This document shows, piece by piece, positions 1-11,469 of a stretch of 64,000 bases of DNA. Made by a program: the position numbers and the translations under genes. Location of the stretch: assembly GCF_024521635.1 (NCBI RefSeq), contig NW_026250415.1, positions 186,001-250,000 of the forward strand, in the 5' to 3' direction. The notes beneath the pieces are model-generated. The model was not told where the DNA came from and did no database searches. It saw only the letters and a program-made list of their open reading frames with translations. Every line of letters starts with the position of its first letter. The stretch's first letter is position 1. The stretch is from Tricharina praecox (Eukaryota).

Positions 1-398
1 CTTCAGCCGCTGCAGCGCATCCGCCGAGTCAGCGAATGCGGGCCAGTCGCCGATTGAGGCGCCGAACGCCTCTGCCTCCGAGCTGGGTGCGGGCAGTGAG
101 TAGTGCGCGGCTAGCTGGGCGTACACCGCGCTGAGTAGCTGCGAATAGCGCAGCCCCGGCGTCGCGGTCTGCTGCAAGGTTTCGAGGCGCGCGTAGGTGG
201 ATAGGAAGGAGGCGCGAGTGGGTGGAGGGGATAGTTGTGAGAGCAGCGGGAGGGCCGCGGTGTAGATGCCGGTTTCCCAGTCGATCTGGACGGTTAGGTT
301 AGCGGGGACAAGGCACGTAAGCCGTCGGGGTAGGGACGTACGAGAGTGCCGTAGACATCGAAGCAGAGGAGCTTTTGGGACAGGAGGGAGGGCGCCAT
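1..398 (-). CDS. HAD-superfamily haloacid dehalogenase type II-like hydrolase, 5' part (exon 1 398-342, intron 341-286, exon 2 285 to the window edge)
   Basis: Splicing GTACGT...CTAAC...CAG joins MAPSLLSQKLLCFDVYGTL to IDWETGIY..., restoring the HAD motif I FDVYGTLIDWE. Exon 2 continues to ...FGASIGDWPAFADSADALQRLK. Confidence 0.9.
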
Positions 399-1213
399 TG
401 TTGTGTGTTGAGATTTCGGACGAAGAGATGTTGAGTGAGCCTCGAAGCCTGCCAATTGAAGATGCGATGCGATTCTAGGTGGTGATTCCTGGAATCTAAA
501 TACTTGATTACCTGGGCTACGCCGATTTTGTACCGTCTTAAGAAAAGTGTCATTCCGACTCATCTTGACGAGCTCAATATGTACTAATTTGTGTAGCGGC
601 CAGGCCGATTCTGGGACCTGCGTCATCGGCTGGGGAGTGCCCTGGCTTCGGAGCCGTTCGCCTGTACGTAGAGTAGGTAGGTGCCGGACTCCGAGCATGG
701 GCTTTGTAAAACTACCATGGCTGCCGACTCGGCCCGTAGATAACGGCCGTTCTTCTTCAAGGTTTATCAATTTTCATTTCATCGCAGCATGACGCCGAAT
801 GATGAATCCCGATGGCCCATTTGCGGCTCCGCATTGGAATGACCGGCCCACTCGGTTGTGTAACGGCCTGCCCATGTAGTTATCACTCGTTTTTCTCCAT
901 GCAGTCCCACCTGCCTTATGTGATATGTAGCCGCCCTTGCAGGCCTGCGAGTGCAGATCACGTTTCCAGAAATAATACACGAAAATCCAATCAGGAATCA
1001 AGATTCCAGAGCGGCCTCCCGTCGACATCACTGCGCAGTGCGAGCTGGTTCCTGAGACGGTGGCGGGAGCAGGTTCCTGCATTTCCTGTCCCACAGTCCA
1101 CCTTGCACTTGAGCCCTTCGTTGCGTCCTCTTTCCGAAATATACCGTCCTCTGCTTTACGATGGACAGCCTTCCCATCCGACTCCGACTCCGCCGACGAT
1201 AGACTACTCTGCA

Positions 1214-2261
1214 ATGCGCACCCTCCTCCTCCTCCCGCCGCTATGTCTCCTCCCCTCACTCACGGCCGCATCCGACAAACGCGGCCTCGTCCAAGTCGAC
1301 ACCAAGAATCCCAACGACGAGGCGGTATTCCTATCGGACCCGACAACGATAAGCTGGTACTACAACTACCGCTCCGCGCCGTCCGCATCACTCTCCAACC
1401 TCGAGTTCGTGCCCATGCTCTGGGGCGAGCCAGCCGCGAACTACGATTTCGCCACGGAAGTCCGCGGGCTGCTGCGCGATGACAAGAACAACATAAAGTA
1501 CGTGCTCGGCTTCAACGAGCCCGATATGGGCCGCGATGTTGGCGGGAGCAACATGTCCCCCGCGCGGGCGGTGGAGATCTGGAAGGAAATGATTGAGCCG
1601 TTGAAGGATCAGGGCTTGAAGCTGGGCGCGCCGGGGGTCGCGAGTACCCAGGACGGGAAGAGGTGGATCAAGGCGTTTATGGAGGCGTGTGACGGCTGCA
1701 CTGGTTCGTTGTGTTCCGCCTGACGGTTCGTGAATGAGTGAGTGAGTGAGTGGCTGCTGACCGGCATGTGTGCCGACACATAGTCGACTTCGTGCCTGTT
1801 CATTGGTACGGCAACTTCGAGGGCCTGGCGAGCCATATCGGCGAGGTGCGCGCCATGTTCCCCGATAAGGACTTGTGGGTTACCGAGTTTGGGTATGCGC
1901 ACCAGTCGCTGTAAGTTGCTTTCCACGCTCCCTCCCTCGCTTCCACACGGTCGTCCCTCGAGACTTACCACAGTACAGGAGCGACACCTACTCCTTCTTC
2001 AACACGAGTCTCGAGTACCTCGACCGACTGGCCTACGTCCAGCGCTACTCATGGTTCGGCTCGTTCCGCAGCTCCGTCAGCAACGTTGGCCCCAATGGTG
2101 CCATGCTCGACAGCGACGGGGATCTGACGGATCTCGGCGCGTGGTATCTGGGCAGGAAATCTCCTGGTAACACTCCCGCGAGCGCGGCGGTGCACGCCCG
2201 GATTGCGTGGGCACCGCTGGGCATCGCGCTCGGTGTGGTCGCGGTGACAGGCTGTTTGTAG
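1214..2261 (+). CDS. Secreted glycoside hydrolase family 128 (beta-1,3-glucanase-like), probably GPI-anchored; exons 1214-1703, 1784-1910, 1979-2261
   Basis: Signal peptide MRTLLLLPPLCLLPSLTAA. GH128 motifs KRGL, SWYYNY, EFVPMLWG, LGFNEPD, VHWY, WVTEFG, RYSWFG. Two GT-AG introns restore the frame. Hydrophobic C-terminus IAWAPLGIALGVVAVTGCL. Confidence 0.9.
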
Positions 2262-3496
2262 GAAGGGTTAGGAGTTTCTGTTCGCGCCGAGTGGTGCTCC
2301 TTTGTACTGTAATAGATATGGGATTGCGAATCAAGAAGACGTACGTTTGGATTCGGAAATAGGAGATGCAGCTGCCGGATCGCTACAAAGTGAGTGGACG
2401 TGCGGGCAGTGTGGCTGAGTGCCCCGTCGCTGTGTCGCCCCTAGCATTTCCGGCCACATTCGAAGTGAATTGGGCGTATTGCCGGTGTAAATGTCGTCGG
2501 GTGAAACTCCGTGCCTGAATGTCCGGATATGCAGGGCTCGTATTCGGGTTTTTGAATTGGCCACGCGATTGCGGAATAAACCGTACGCTTGATCCCCCCT
2601 GTCTGATGATTGGAGCACCACTAACAATCATGTAGGCATTTCGTCATGGTCTCAACTGCAGACAGGATGAAGAAGCAAAAACATAAAACACTGGCATCCA
2701 AGGCGAATCACCAGAAACCGTCCTTGCCACTCACTCAACCAATCAATCGAAGCTGAGAACCCGGCCCCTTCTTATGAAAGGATGGCCTCCTGTTCTTATC
2801 CAATCAAGTTCACCACCAATCGGTGCGTCGGCGATTATTGAACCCGAAATCCAGTTTCACCACCGCCTTGAGTGGCTGGGTTAAGGCTTCAAGAGCACCT
2901 ATTGCCAGTAAGTACCGTATCTGCCCGTATACTAGTACTGTACATAACTGTAGATGCCTGAAAAGACGGGCTCTGCTGTTTCTTGCGTGCCCCTCCGAAG
3001 TAGTGCCGGCGATATGGTGGATCGGGCAAATATACCCCCCCGTGCCTAAGCGTCCGAAGTACGATATGCAGGTGTCGTACTCGGGTTTTCGACACTGGAA
3101 GGGTGAAGCTAGGTACCTATCCAGGAACCATTAAACGGAGCCACATCATGCGATTATTGCGATACCAGCCCCTTTCTTTCGTACTCGTACTCGTCTCCAT
3201 GCGGTTGTTGGTATCTTAAATGGCGAACGTCCAGCTCACTTTTCCCATGCGCCTTCATTGGAAGTGGCGGTGCAGTGAGGCAGTGCAAGGATCGACAAGC
3301 GAACATTCAAGGATTCCCCCCCACCAGGCGACTGCGTACGTCACCGGTTTGCCGCGACCGTTTCAAGCTTAAACCCAAAAATAAGCTGCCCACTCTAGAG
3401 TCTATATTACCTCTGCAGCTCCGCTCCACCTCCATAAAGCGGCCCCGGTTCCCCAATTCACGAAATACTGACGCCACAGCACCCAGGAAGCACCGC

Positions 3497-6400
3497 ATGA
3501 ATCCCTCTGGCGACCCCTACCAACCACCCCGGCCACACATGCCCGACGAACCGCCGCCCGGCTACTCCGAGCGCGGGCAGTCCGGGCCCGATGCCGTCGA
3601 AGCAGTCACACAGCAGCAGGCCGAAGGGCCGCCGGAATATACCGAGGCGCCCGCGTACGGCACCATCAACGTGTCAGACAGCGGGATGGACACCAAGGCG
3701 CAGTTGGCAGGTACGTCGAGCTGGGTGTGCGAAACGGAGAAACGCTGACATTGGGTTCTGATCGCTCTAGAGGACGGCCGAATCAACATCAACATTAACC
3801 AGCGCTCGCTGCGCCTCTCGAGCGTGCTCACACCCGTCCTCCGCGCGCAATGGGGCGCCGGCCTGAAGGAGAAGGACTACAACGTTGAAGGCGCCTCCTA
3901 CCAAATCCCCGACTTTGCGAAGGACACGCCGCCGCTTAACATCCTGATCCAGATCATCGGGTCGCGCGGAGACGTGCAGCCGTTCATTGCGTTGGGCAAG
4001 CAGCTCAAGGAACGGTATCGCCACAGAGTGAGGGTGGCGACGCATCCGACGTTTAAAGGCTTCGTGGAGGAGAATGGGCTGGAGTTCTTCTCGCTCGGCG
4101 GAGACCCGAGTGAGCTCATGGCGTTCATGGTCAAGAATCCGGGCTTGATGCCGGGAGTGGAAACATTAAAGTCGGGCGAGGTGTCGAAGCGGCGAAAGAG
4201 CATGTGGGAAATGCTGCTGGGCGGGTGGAGAGCTTGTATCGAGCCGGGCGATGGGATGAGCTACCAGCCAGCAGTCGGAGGGGGGAACAGCGCGTCGATT
4301 GCGACACCGTTCGTTGCGGATGCGATCATCGCCAATCCACCGAGTTTCGGACACATCCATTGCGCAGAGAGGCTTGGAGTTCCGCTGCATCTGATGTTTA
4401 CCATGCCGTGGTCGCCGACTTCCGCGTTTCCCCATCCGCTGGCGAACATTCAGTCGTCGAACGCGGAATCGAACATTACCAACTTCCTCTCATACGCCCT
4501 GGTGGACATGATGACATGGCAAGGCCTGGGCGATTTGGTGAACAGGTTCCGCGAGGGAACCCTGGGCTTGGAAGCAGTTTCCACGATGTGGGCGCCGGGA
4601 ATGATCTCTCGACTCAAGGTACCGCACACCTACTGCTGGTCGCCAACATTAATTCCGAAGCCTGCCGACTGGCCCTCGCGAATCAAAATATCCGGATTTT
4701 ACTTCCTGTCACTAGCCTCTTCCTACTCACCTCCACCAGAGCTGGAACGCTTCCTTAACGCGGGTCCTCCACCCGTCTACATCGGATTTGGATCGATCGT
4801 CGTTGAAGACCCAAACGCCTTGACCCGCAAGATCCTCGAAGCAGTGGCTCAAGTCGGATGCCGAGCGCTCGTCTCGAAGGGCTGGGGCGGCGTCGGAGCC
4901 GGCGAACTCGACATCCCCGAAAACGTCATGCTCCTGGGAAACTGTCCGCACGACTGGCTGTTCCCACGGTGCGCCGCCGTCGTCCATCACGGAGGCGCCG
5001 GCACCACTGCCGCTGGAATCCGCTGCGGAAAGCCAACCGTCATCTGTTCTTTCTTCGGTGACCAGCCGTTCTGGGGTGCGATGGTGGCCAAGGCCGGTGC
5101 GGGACCGAATTTCATCCCGCATAAAGAACTGACAAGCCAGAATCTTGCGCTCGCTATCCAGGCGGCGCTGGGAAGAGAGATGCAAGCGAGGGCGGAGGCG
5201 ATGGGCGATAGCATCAAGGCGGAGACCGGCGTGGAGAATGGCGCCATGAGCTTTCTCTCCTCTGTCGAGGAGATGGGGCTGGCGCGGTGCGATCTCCTTC
5301 CCGATCGCGTGGCAGTGTGGAAGGTGCGCAGCGGTATCAGGAAGCTTTCGGCGCTGGCGGCGAGTGTGCTCGTCGAGGCAAATCTTATCGAAGGCGGCTT
5401 TGGCGGGTTGAGGCTGTGGAGACATAAGGAATGGCCGGTGAATTCGGGGCCGACAGATCCGGTTACTGGAGGTGCGGGTGCAATCGTCGGAACGATGGGG
5501 AGCATCATGATGGGTGTTGGAGATTTTCCGATCGAGATATTCAAGGCCGTTACGAAGGATAAGGGGAAGGGTGTTGAGGGTCAACCGTCTACACCAGGGT
5601 CTACACCAGGGTCTCCGATGCACGACAACACCAGCGTGGACAGCTTTGCGACAGCCACTTCGGAAAAGACTGGTAAATCCGAGAAGATTCGGCCTGGCAC
5701 GCCTGGCACGCCAGGAACTCCTAACTCGACAACGGATAAGGGAAAGCAGAAGGAGGGCGGAGGTTTCAAATTCGATGCAGAATTCGTTGGGAACGCCATG
5801 GGCGCGACTAAGGGTGTGAGAAGGATTGTTGGCGCTGGCATGCGATGTAAGGCATCCCGTTACCTCTCTCTTCTGCATAATATAACTGACATATCTAGCA
5901 CCTATGGATTTCACATTGGGCATCTCCCAAGGCTTCCGCAATGCCCCAGCCCTATATGGAGATGAGATCCGACCCGAGACGCGAGTCACCGGCTTCCACA
6001 GCGGTCTCAAAGCAGCCGGCAAAGAATTTTCGCTGGGCTTCTACGATGGCATAACCGGACTTGTCACACAACCGATCAAGGGAGCCAAGCAAGAGGGTGC
6101 CGCTGGAGCGCTCAAGGGTTTTGGCCGCGGCATCGGCGGACTGATACTCAAGCCTGGAGCCGGAATATGGGCGATCCCCGCGTATGCGATGAAGGGAATC
6201 CACCGCGAAATCGCAAAACTCGGGACAAAGGACTTGACTGGGTACATCTCCTCCGCCCGCGCGGCACAGGGTGTCCACGAAACACTGCAGTCACCCTTGG
6301 GAACGAAGGAACTCGTTATCGAGCGATGGACGTCGCTCAACACCTCTCCCGGTAGTTGGAGTGGTCGCATATCCTCGTGGTCGTCAGGTGGCAGCAGCAG

Positions 6401-7319
6401 CAGCCAGAACTTAAACAAGAAAAAGCTGGTGGATATGCGCTCCTACGATGATGATAGGAGGGAGGCCGGCAACGACAGCGAGCTGCAGCGCGCATTGAGG
6501 GAATCTGCCGCCGTCAAACCACGTCACACGTCAACATGGTCTTCCGGTGGCACCATGGACAAGAAGGAGAAGGGAAATACAGCGGGATTCTACGGCGACG
6601 CAATGGAGGACGATCCCGATCTTCAGCGCGCGCTCCGCGACTCAATATCAACCCAGAATCTACCGACATACCAACCACCCGCCTACCAGTCAGGTGGAAA
6701 CGCCGCAACGTTCGGAAACGAGAAACGACGCATGAGTGACGACCAAGATGAGCTTCAGCGCGCAATGTGGACGTCTGCTGCCTCCTCATCACAAGCGATC
6801 CCACACTCACACACCTGGTCAACAAGTGCGGACGAGAAGCGCCAACCCATCGCCATGTTCGACAACTCCAACGACCACGACGACGAGGACGAAGAACTGC
6901 GACGTGCAGTCCAAGCATCTCTCAGCGACGCGCCGGGTGCTCACGTTGGCGCCAGCTCCGCGTCGGCCCACAATCCAGAACTTAGTCGCGAGGCCCAAGA
7001 GTTCCAGGAGGCGCTGCGGATGAGTCTTGCCGAGAGCGAGAGGAATAGCAGGAGCGCGAGCGCACATTTTTCAAAAACCCCCTATACTCCGCCAGCGCCA
7101 CTTGCTGTCGAGCATGGGGTCATTGAGGCCGTGGAGGATGATGACGATGAGCTGGCGCGCGCGGTACAAGACAGTCTGCGGCTTGAGGAGGAACGGAAGC
7201 GGAAGAACGAAGAGGAGGAGAGGATCGTGATGGAGTATGTGGCGCGGGCTAGCCGGGAGGAGGAGGAGCTACGGCGAAGGAGGCAAAAGGCGCAAGGAAG
7301 TAGCAGTCGTGATGTATGA
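3497..7319 (+). CDS. UDP-glucose:sterol glucosyltransferase-like GT1 protein with a C-terminal ATG2_C/VPS13-like segment and UIM-like repeats; exons 3497-3710, 3771-5846, 5899-7319
   Basis: Glyco_transf_28 N-terminal motif IIGSRGDVQPFIALG...HRVRVATH; UDPGT motifs PPVYIGFGS, PHDWLF, VVHHGGAGTTAAG, FFGDQPFWG. Introns 3711-3770 and 5847-5898 have GT, CTGAC and AG and join three ORFs in frame. Confidence 0.92.
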
Positions 7320-8320
7320 GTACATGCATACCTGATGCGGAGGATTTGGGCGTTCCGGATCATACCTTTAGCATATTGAGTTAGAAGGTTTGAAATTGTT
7401 TTGCATATTTTCGAGTTACATTGAATTCATATTTTGTAATGACTTGCTCACTGCTTCGGAGCGCGCTACTGTACTACGGCGGTTTAATGTGGACAAATAG
7501 CGAAACATGTTGAAAACACCTTGTTGCAATAGAGGACGGGCATCTATCTGATATCTACCAAGCTAGAGAGAATACGTAGCCTACACGACGGACAATACGG
7601 GTGCAAAGTCCGTCGCAGCATAATGGACCCGATGGCCTGCCTCATAAACCACACCCAGGGAGGATGGGAGCACGAGTGACCATTGTTAGGGTTCTCGACG
7701 GAAATCCAGTGCTTGTCACTCGTGCAAAATATGCGTGCAGATTTGTCATATTCGTAATACACACCGTGCGTCTCGGGAATCATGTTTATTCTCATGCTTA
7801 CTTCATCTTCTTCTGCTTCTGTCTGGTATGTCTAGCTGGCCGTCCACTGTGTTTTTGCGAATTAGTCAAGAAATTGAAACATGGCGCTCATATTTTCTTA
7901 ACAGGCTATCAGCCCGGCTCAGCGATGCCGGCTACCTACGAAAATCACTCCAACTCCAGCCATCATCTTCATTTCGATATGACCAATACTGGCACCTGCA
8001 TTGGCACCGGCCTCTCAGTCGATCACTGCTACACCCCTCGAGCTGGCAACATACCTCAGGCATGCGAATACATTAGTATCGCTGTTGGTTATCCTCAATC
8101 ATTACTATGGGTAGTCATTGAAAGAACTAGGCCACAATCCGAGGATTTGAGGCTAATGATATCTCGTGATCGCAATTCGAACCTCACAGAGATAGCCGCC
8201 AAAACTCGTGGAGGGGGGCTATCGACTCATTACTGAGTTTGGAGTGCGCTCAATCACCTAGGAAAACCTGTTGAAAACATCACAAATACATGCAGGTTGT
8301 CAAAGGTTTTCCTCCATACC

Positions 8321-8472
8321 TGTGACACCCCAATGGACTCTCTGGTAGTGTGACACAGCAATAGACTTTGCAGTAGTCACAGCACGAGCGGTCCGTTCGG
8401 AAGTGATCGGATGTGACAACCTAATAGACTCTCGGAAAAGTCACAGCATGAGTGGTACCTTGGGTAGTGATC
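8321..8472 (+). repeat. Degenerate 63-bp-period repeat beginning TGTGAC; probable 5' end of an old LTR that marks the edge of the nest (continues 8984-9009)
   Basis: TGTGAC at 8321, 8349 and 8412; GTCACAGCA at 8376 and 8440. The first 11 nt (TGTGACACCCC) equal the start of the family A LTR. Confidence 0.55.
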
Positions 8473-8983
8473 TGTCACGGCTCACAACGGAACGTTCGAG
8501 GAAGAGTCGGAACAGGGGCTGGAAGGCAGCGCAGGGGCTGCGCAGGGGGCTGCGCAGGCGGCAATGCAGGAATGAGTCGGAGGAATTGGGGCTGTGTGTT
8601 GGAGACAGGGGTAGCGCGGCAGCGCAGGCTGTGAGTCACTGGAGCGGGGTAGAGGCGAGGAGGATTTCGCAGGGTCTGGCACACGCCCACGGTCATTGTC
8701 AGGTTGCGGGAAGAAGTGGAGGATTTCCTATATAAACGGGCCGGCGCCCCTCTGTAATTAGTTCTTCACGCAACAACTTGTTAATACAACAACTGTTACC
8801 TCTGTCCTTGCCTCGGCTGCCGTCTGCGCCGTAGTCCTTGTCTCTGTCCTTGTTTCTCAGTTGCCGTCTGCACTGAGCCCTGCCCTGCCTCGTCCTCTGA
8901 GCCAGCCTCGTCTCAGCCCCGCCTAGTCCCCGATCACCCGCCCGGCTTCGCTATCTGGAGCCTTGCCCGACCGTGCCGTTACA
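8473..8983 (+). mobile_element. Solo LTR, diverged family B type
   Basis: TGTCAC...GTTACA termini, similar to the LTR at 9642-10200, perfect 5-bp TSD TGATC (8468-8472 and 8984-8988). Confidence 0.92.
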
Positions 8984-10202
8984 TGATCGGAACACAGGAT
9001 TAGATCGTCTGTGACACCCCGATAGGTATCGGAGGTCACGACGGTCGCAAGAGATGTGATTAGATAGTTCGGGTGATTAGAATAGAGTTGCGAGCCGAAA
9101 GGATAGTTAGAAGCGATCAAGGACAAGATAGGAAGGAGGGAGCAAACGGATTCCAGAGTCTAGACAGTGATCGGAGATGCGGGAGATCGGGATAACAGTC
9201 CAGAGGACTTTGAGATCTCCGATCATAGGGCCCCGCAGTAGGAACTCCGATCCAGGAAAAAACTGTTATGACGAGAGAATCGAACATCGACCGATGGGGG
9301 CAGACAACTTCGAGCGAAGAACTCTGCCGGCGCATGAGGGAGATAATTGCTCGGAAACTCCGATCTATCTTGGGCGCGTGGTGTTTACCACCTGCCTAGT
9401 CGAGAAGACTATCCGAAGAGAGCTGACGACGACTCAAGGCTAGGCCGCGGAACTCCGATGCAAAGGAAGCAACGGAGCTACGTTAGGCCGCACTCTAGAG
9501 GAATCACGTGCTGAGGATCGGGACGACTATAAGTCGAACCGAGCGGGCAACCGAACAAACTACAATCATCGCACCGAACAAACCATCGAACAAACACCCT
9601 TAAGATTATTCCGTTGTGAATTGTCGAAATCCCTGACTTTTTGTCACGGCTCGCGATGGAATGACGAAGGGAGGGTCGGCACAAGGATCGGGAGAGTTGG
9701 GGGGCAGTGCAGAGGCAGTGCACCGGCAGTGCAAGGATGAGTCGCAGAGGATTTCGGGCTGTGTGCAGGGAGCAGGGATAGCGCAGCAATGAGTCGCAGG
9801 AGATTGGGGCTGTGTGCAGGAAACAGGGGTAGTGCGGCTGCGCAGGGTATGAGTCACGGAAGTGGGGTACTGGCAAGGTGGATTTCTCAGGGTCTGGCAC
9901 ACGCCCACGGTCATTGTCAGGTTGCGGGAAGAAGTGGAGGATTTTCTATATAAACGGGCCGTTGCCCCTCTGTATTTAGTTCTTCACGCAACAACTTGTT
10001 AATTCAACCACTGTTACCTCTGTCCTTGCCTCGGCTGCCGTCTGCGCCGTAGTCCTTGTCCCTGCCTCTGTTCTCAGTTGCCGTCTGCACTGAGCCCTGC
10101 CTCACCTTGTTCCCCGAACCCGTCTCGCCTCTACCGAACCCAGAACCCGTTCCCCAGCCCGACTTCGCTACCTGGAGCCTTGCCCGACCGTGCCGTTACA
10201 CT

Positions 10203-10211
10203 TTGTTGCGT
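10203..10211 (+). promoter_or_regulatory. Self-priming PBS of B1
   Basis: TTGTTGCGT lies 2 nt after the 5' LTR and is the reverse complement of ACGCAACAA at 9986-9994, about 35 nt downstream of the LTR TATATAAA. No TGG tRNA-type PBS is present. Confidence 0.75.
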
Positions 10212-10239
10212 CCCCTATCTCTCCACCTAGCGAACTACC

Positions 10240-11436
10240 ATGGCCACCAACACTCAGGTACCCGACGTCCCCCAGCAGGACGAAGTACCAGTGGCACCCC
10301 CCTTCTACCGAGAAATTCCCGCCGCCATCTACGAACAACTCGAAATCATCGTCAATCATGATGTACCCGCCGATGATGCAACCCTGATGGGGTTGTACAA
10401 TGAATTCAGAATCCTCGCCCGCGCAATCACCCAGTCCCCAATAGCCGTACCGACCTGGCGATTCGACGACCTCGAAGAACAACTTGCCGACGCCCGCCGC
10501 ATCGCCAACCGCCTCGCAACCGTCGAAACCCAACCTCAAAGCCGCGCTGAGCGTGTCCCAGAGCCAGCCATGTTCGACGGAACACGCGAGAAACTGGAAG
10601 GGTTCGTTGCGCAACTTCGACTCAAGCTGTACAGCGACCCAGCCCGTTTCCCAACTCCAGCACTCCGAATGGCCTATGCCTTCAACCGCTTGGAAGGCCG
10701 CGCCCAAGCCCAGATCCTGCCGTACATCGAGAATCACAACATCACCCTCACCGACGCTGATGCGATCATCACACTCCTGAACAACGCATTTGGTGACCCT
10801 GACCCAGCGGCCACCGCTCGAGCCAAGCTACACCACCTGAAACAAGGCAATAAGGAGTTCACCTCCTACTTTGCGGAATTCCAGATGCTTGTCTCCAAGC
10901 TCAATTGGGACGAGCATGCGAAACTTGACGCGCTGCGAGAGGGAGTATCCATCGAACTCCACCGGCAACTTGTGGGCCGTACTCAGGGCCTCAACTACGA
11001 TGAGTTTGTGGCCCTCTGTCAACGCCTTGACTCCGAGCTGCGTGCCCTCCAACTTCGTGAGGGACGTCGCACCACCAACCCCCCTCGGCAGAGTAGCGCC
11101 CCACACCCAACGGCGCCGCTCAGGCACACCACCCACAACACCATGCCCGCGACGACCACTGCCACAGGAACGGCCCCCGGAGCCATGGACTTGAGTGCCA
11201 ACAGCCGCAGGATCCCAGACCAAGAGCGTGCTGCCCGGCTCCGCGAAGGCCGCTGCCTGTACTGTGGGGGAAGTGGCCACATGGCCAGGCACTGCCCCAA
11301 CAAGAACCGAAATCCGTTCCGAGCAGCCGTTGCCCGGCTGGAGTCAGCCCAGCCCACCAACACCACCCCGACTCACACCTATCACAACTGCAACCAGGAT
11401 TGCGGCGAGACCTCCCAGCAGTCGGGAAAAGCCTAG
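10240..11436 (+). CDS. gag: B1 Gag (398 aa)
   Basis: Capsid-like PEPAMFDGTREKLEGF and LKQG, AMDLS motif, zinc knuckle CLYCGGSGHMARHC. Confidence 0.95.
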   Translation: MATNTQVPDVPQQDEVPVAPPFYREIPAAIYEQLEIIVNHDVPADDATLMGLYNEFRILARAITQSPIAVPTWRFDDLEEQLADARRIANRLATVETQPQSRAERVPEPAMFDGTREKLEGFVAQLRLKLYSDPARFPTPALRMAYAFNRLEGRAQAQILPYIENHNITLTDADAIITLLNNAFGDPDPAATARAKLHHLKQGNKEFTSYFAEFQMLVSKLNWDEHAKLDALREGVSIELHRQLVGRTQGLNYDEFVALCQRLDSELRALQLREGRRTTNPPRQSSAPHPTAPLRHTTHNTMPATTTATGTAPGAMDLSANSRRIPDQERAARLREGRCLYCGGSGHMARHCPNKNRNPFRAAVARLESAQPTNTTPTHTYHNCNQDCGETSQQSGKA

Positions 11437-11469
11437 ACCAACAACCGCTTGATGGCACTGTTGTTGGTC
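11424..11469 (+). promoter_or_regulatory. -1 ribosomal frameshift signal of family B
   Basis: Slippery G_GGA_AAA (11424-11430), 5-nt spacer, perfect 10-bp stem GACCAACAAC/GTTGTTGGTC; pol is in the -1 frame. Confidence 0.8.

Noticed and set aside
812-1213. N-terminal extension of the 303-aa ORF upstream of the GH128 start
   Set aside because: The ATG at 1214 begins a clear signal peptide; the upstream frame looks like open promoter or UTR sequence.
4727-6022. 431-aa antisense ORF and many other antisense ORFs over gag/pol
   Set aside because: Shadow ORFs of GC-rich coding sequence with no motifs.
1-7319. HAD, GH128 and glycosyltransferase as a biosynthetic gene cluster
   Set aside because: No backbone enzyme, transporter or regulator is visible; adjacency alone is not evidence.
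7601-8236. 211-aa ORF and a possible small spliced gene (ATG 7782, GTATGT 7826, AG near 7903)
   Set aside because: GTG start or no recognisable protein features; cannot be supported without transcripts.
8321-8472. CRISPR-like or tRNA-like array
   Set aside because: Repeats are degenerate along their whole length, with no unique spacers or cloverleaf; eukaryotic context.
9177-9443. Recurring 88-aa, 72-aa and similar ORFs inside family A LTRs
   Set aside because: They recur only because the LTR is repeated; no recognisable domain, and no equivalent ORF is listed in the related C LTR.
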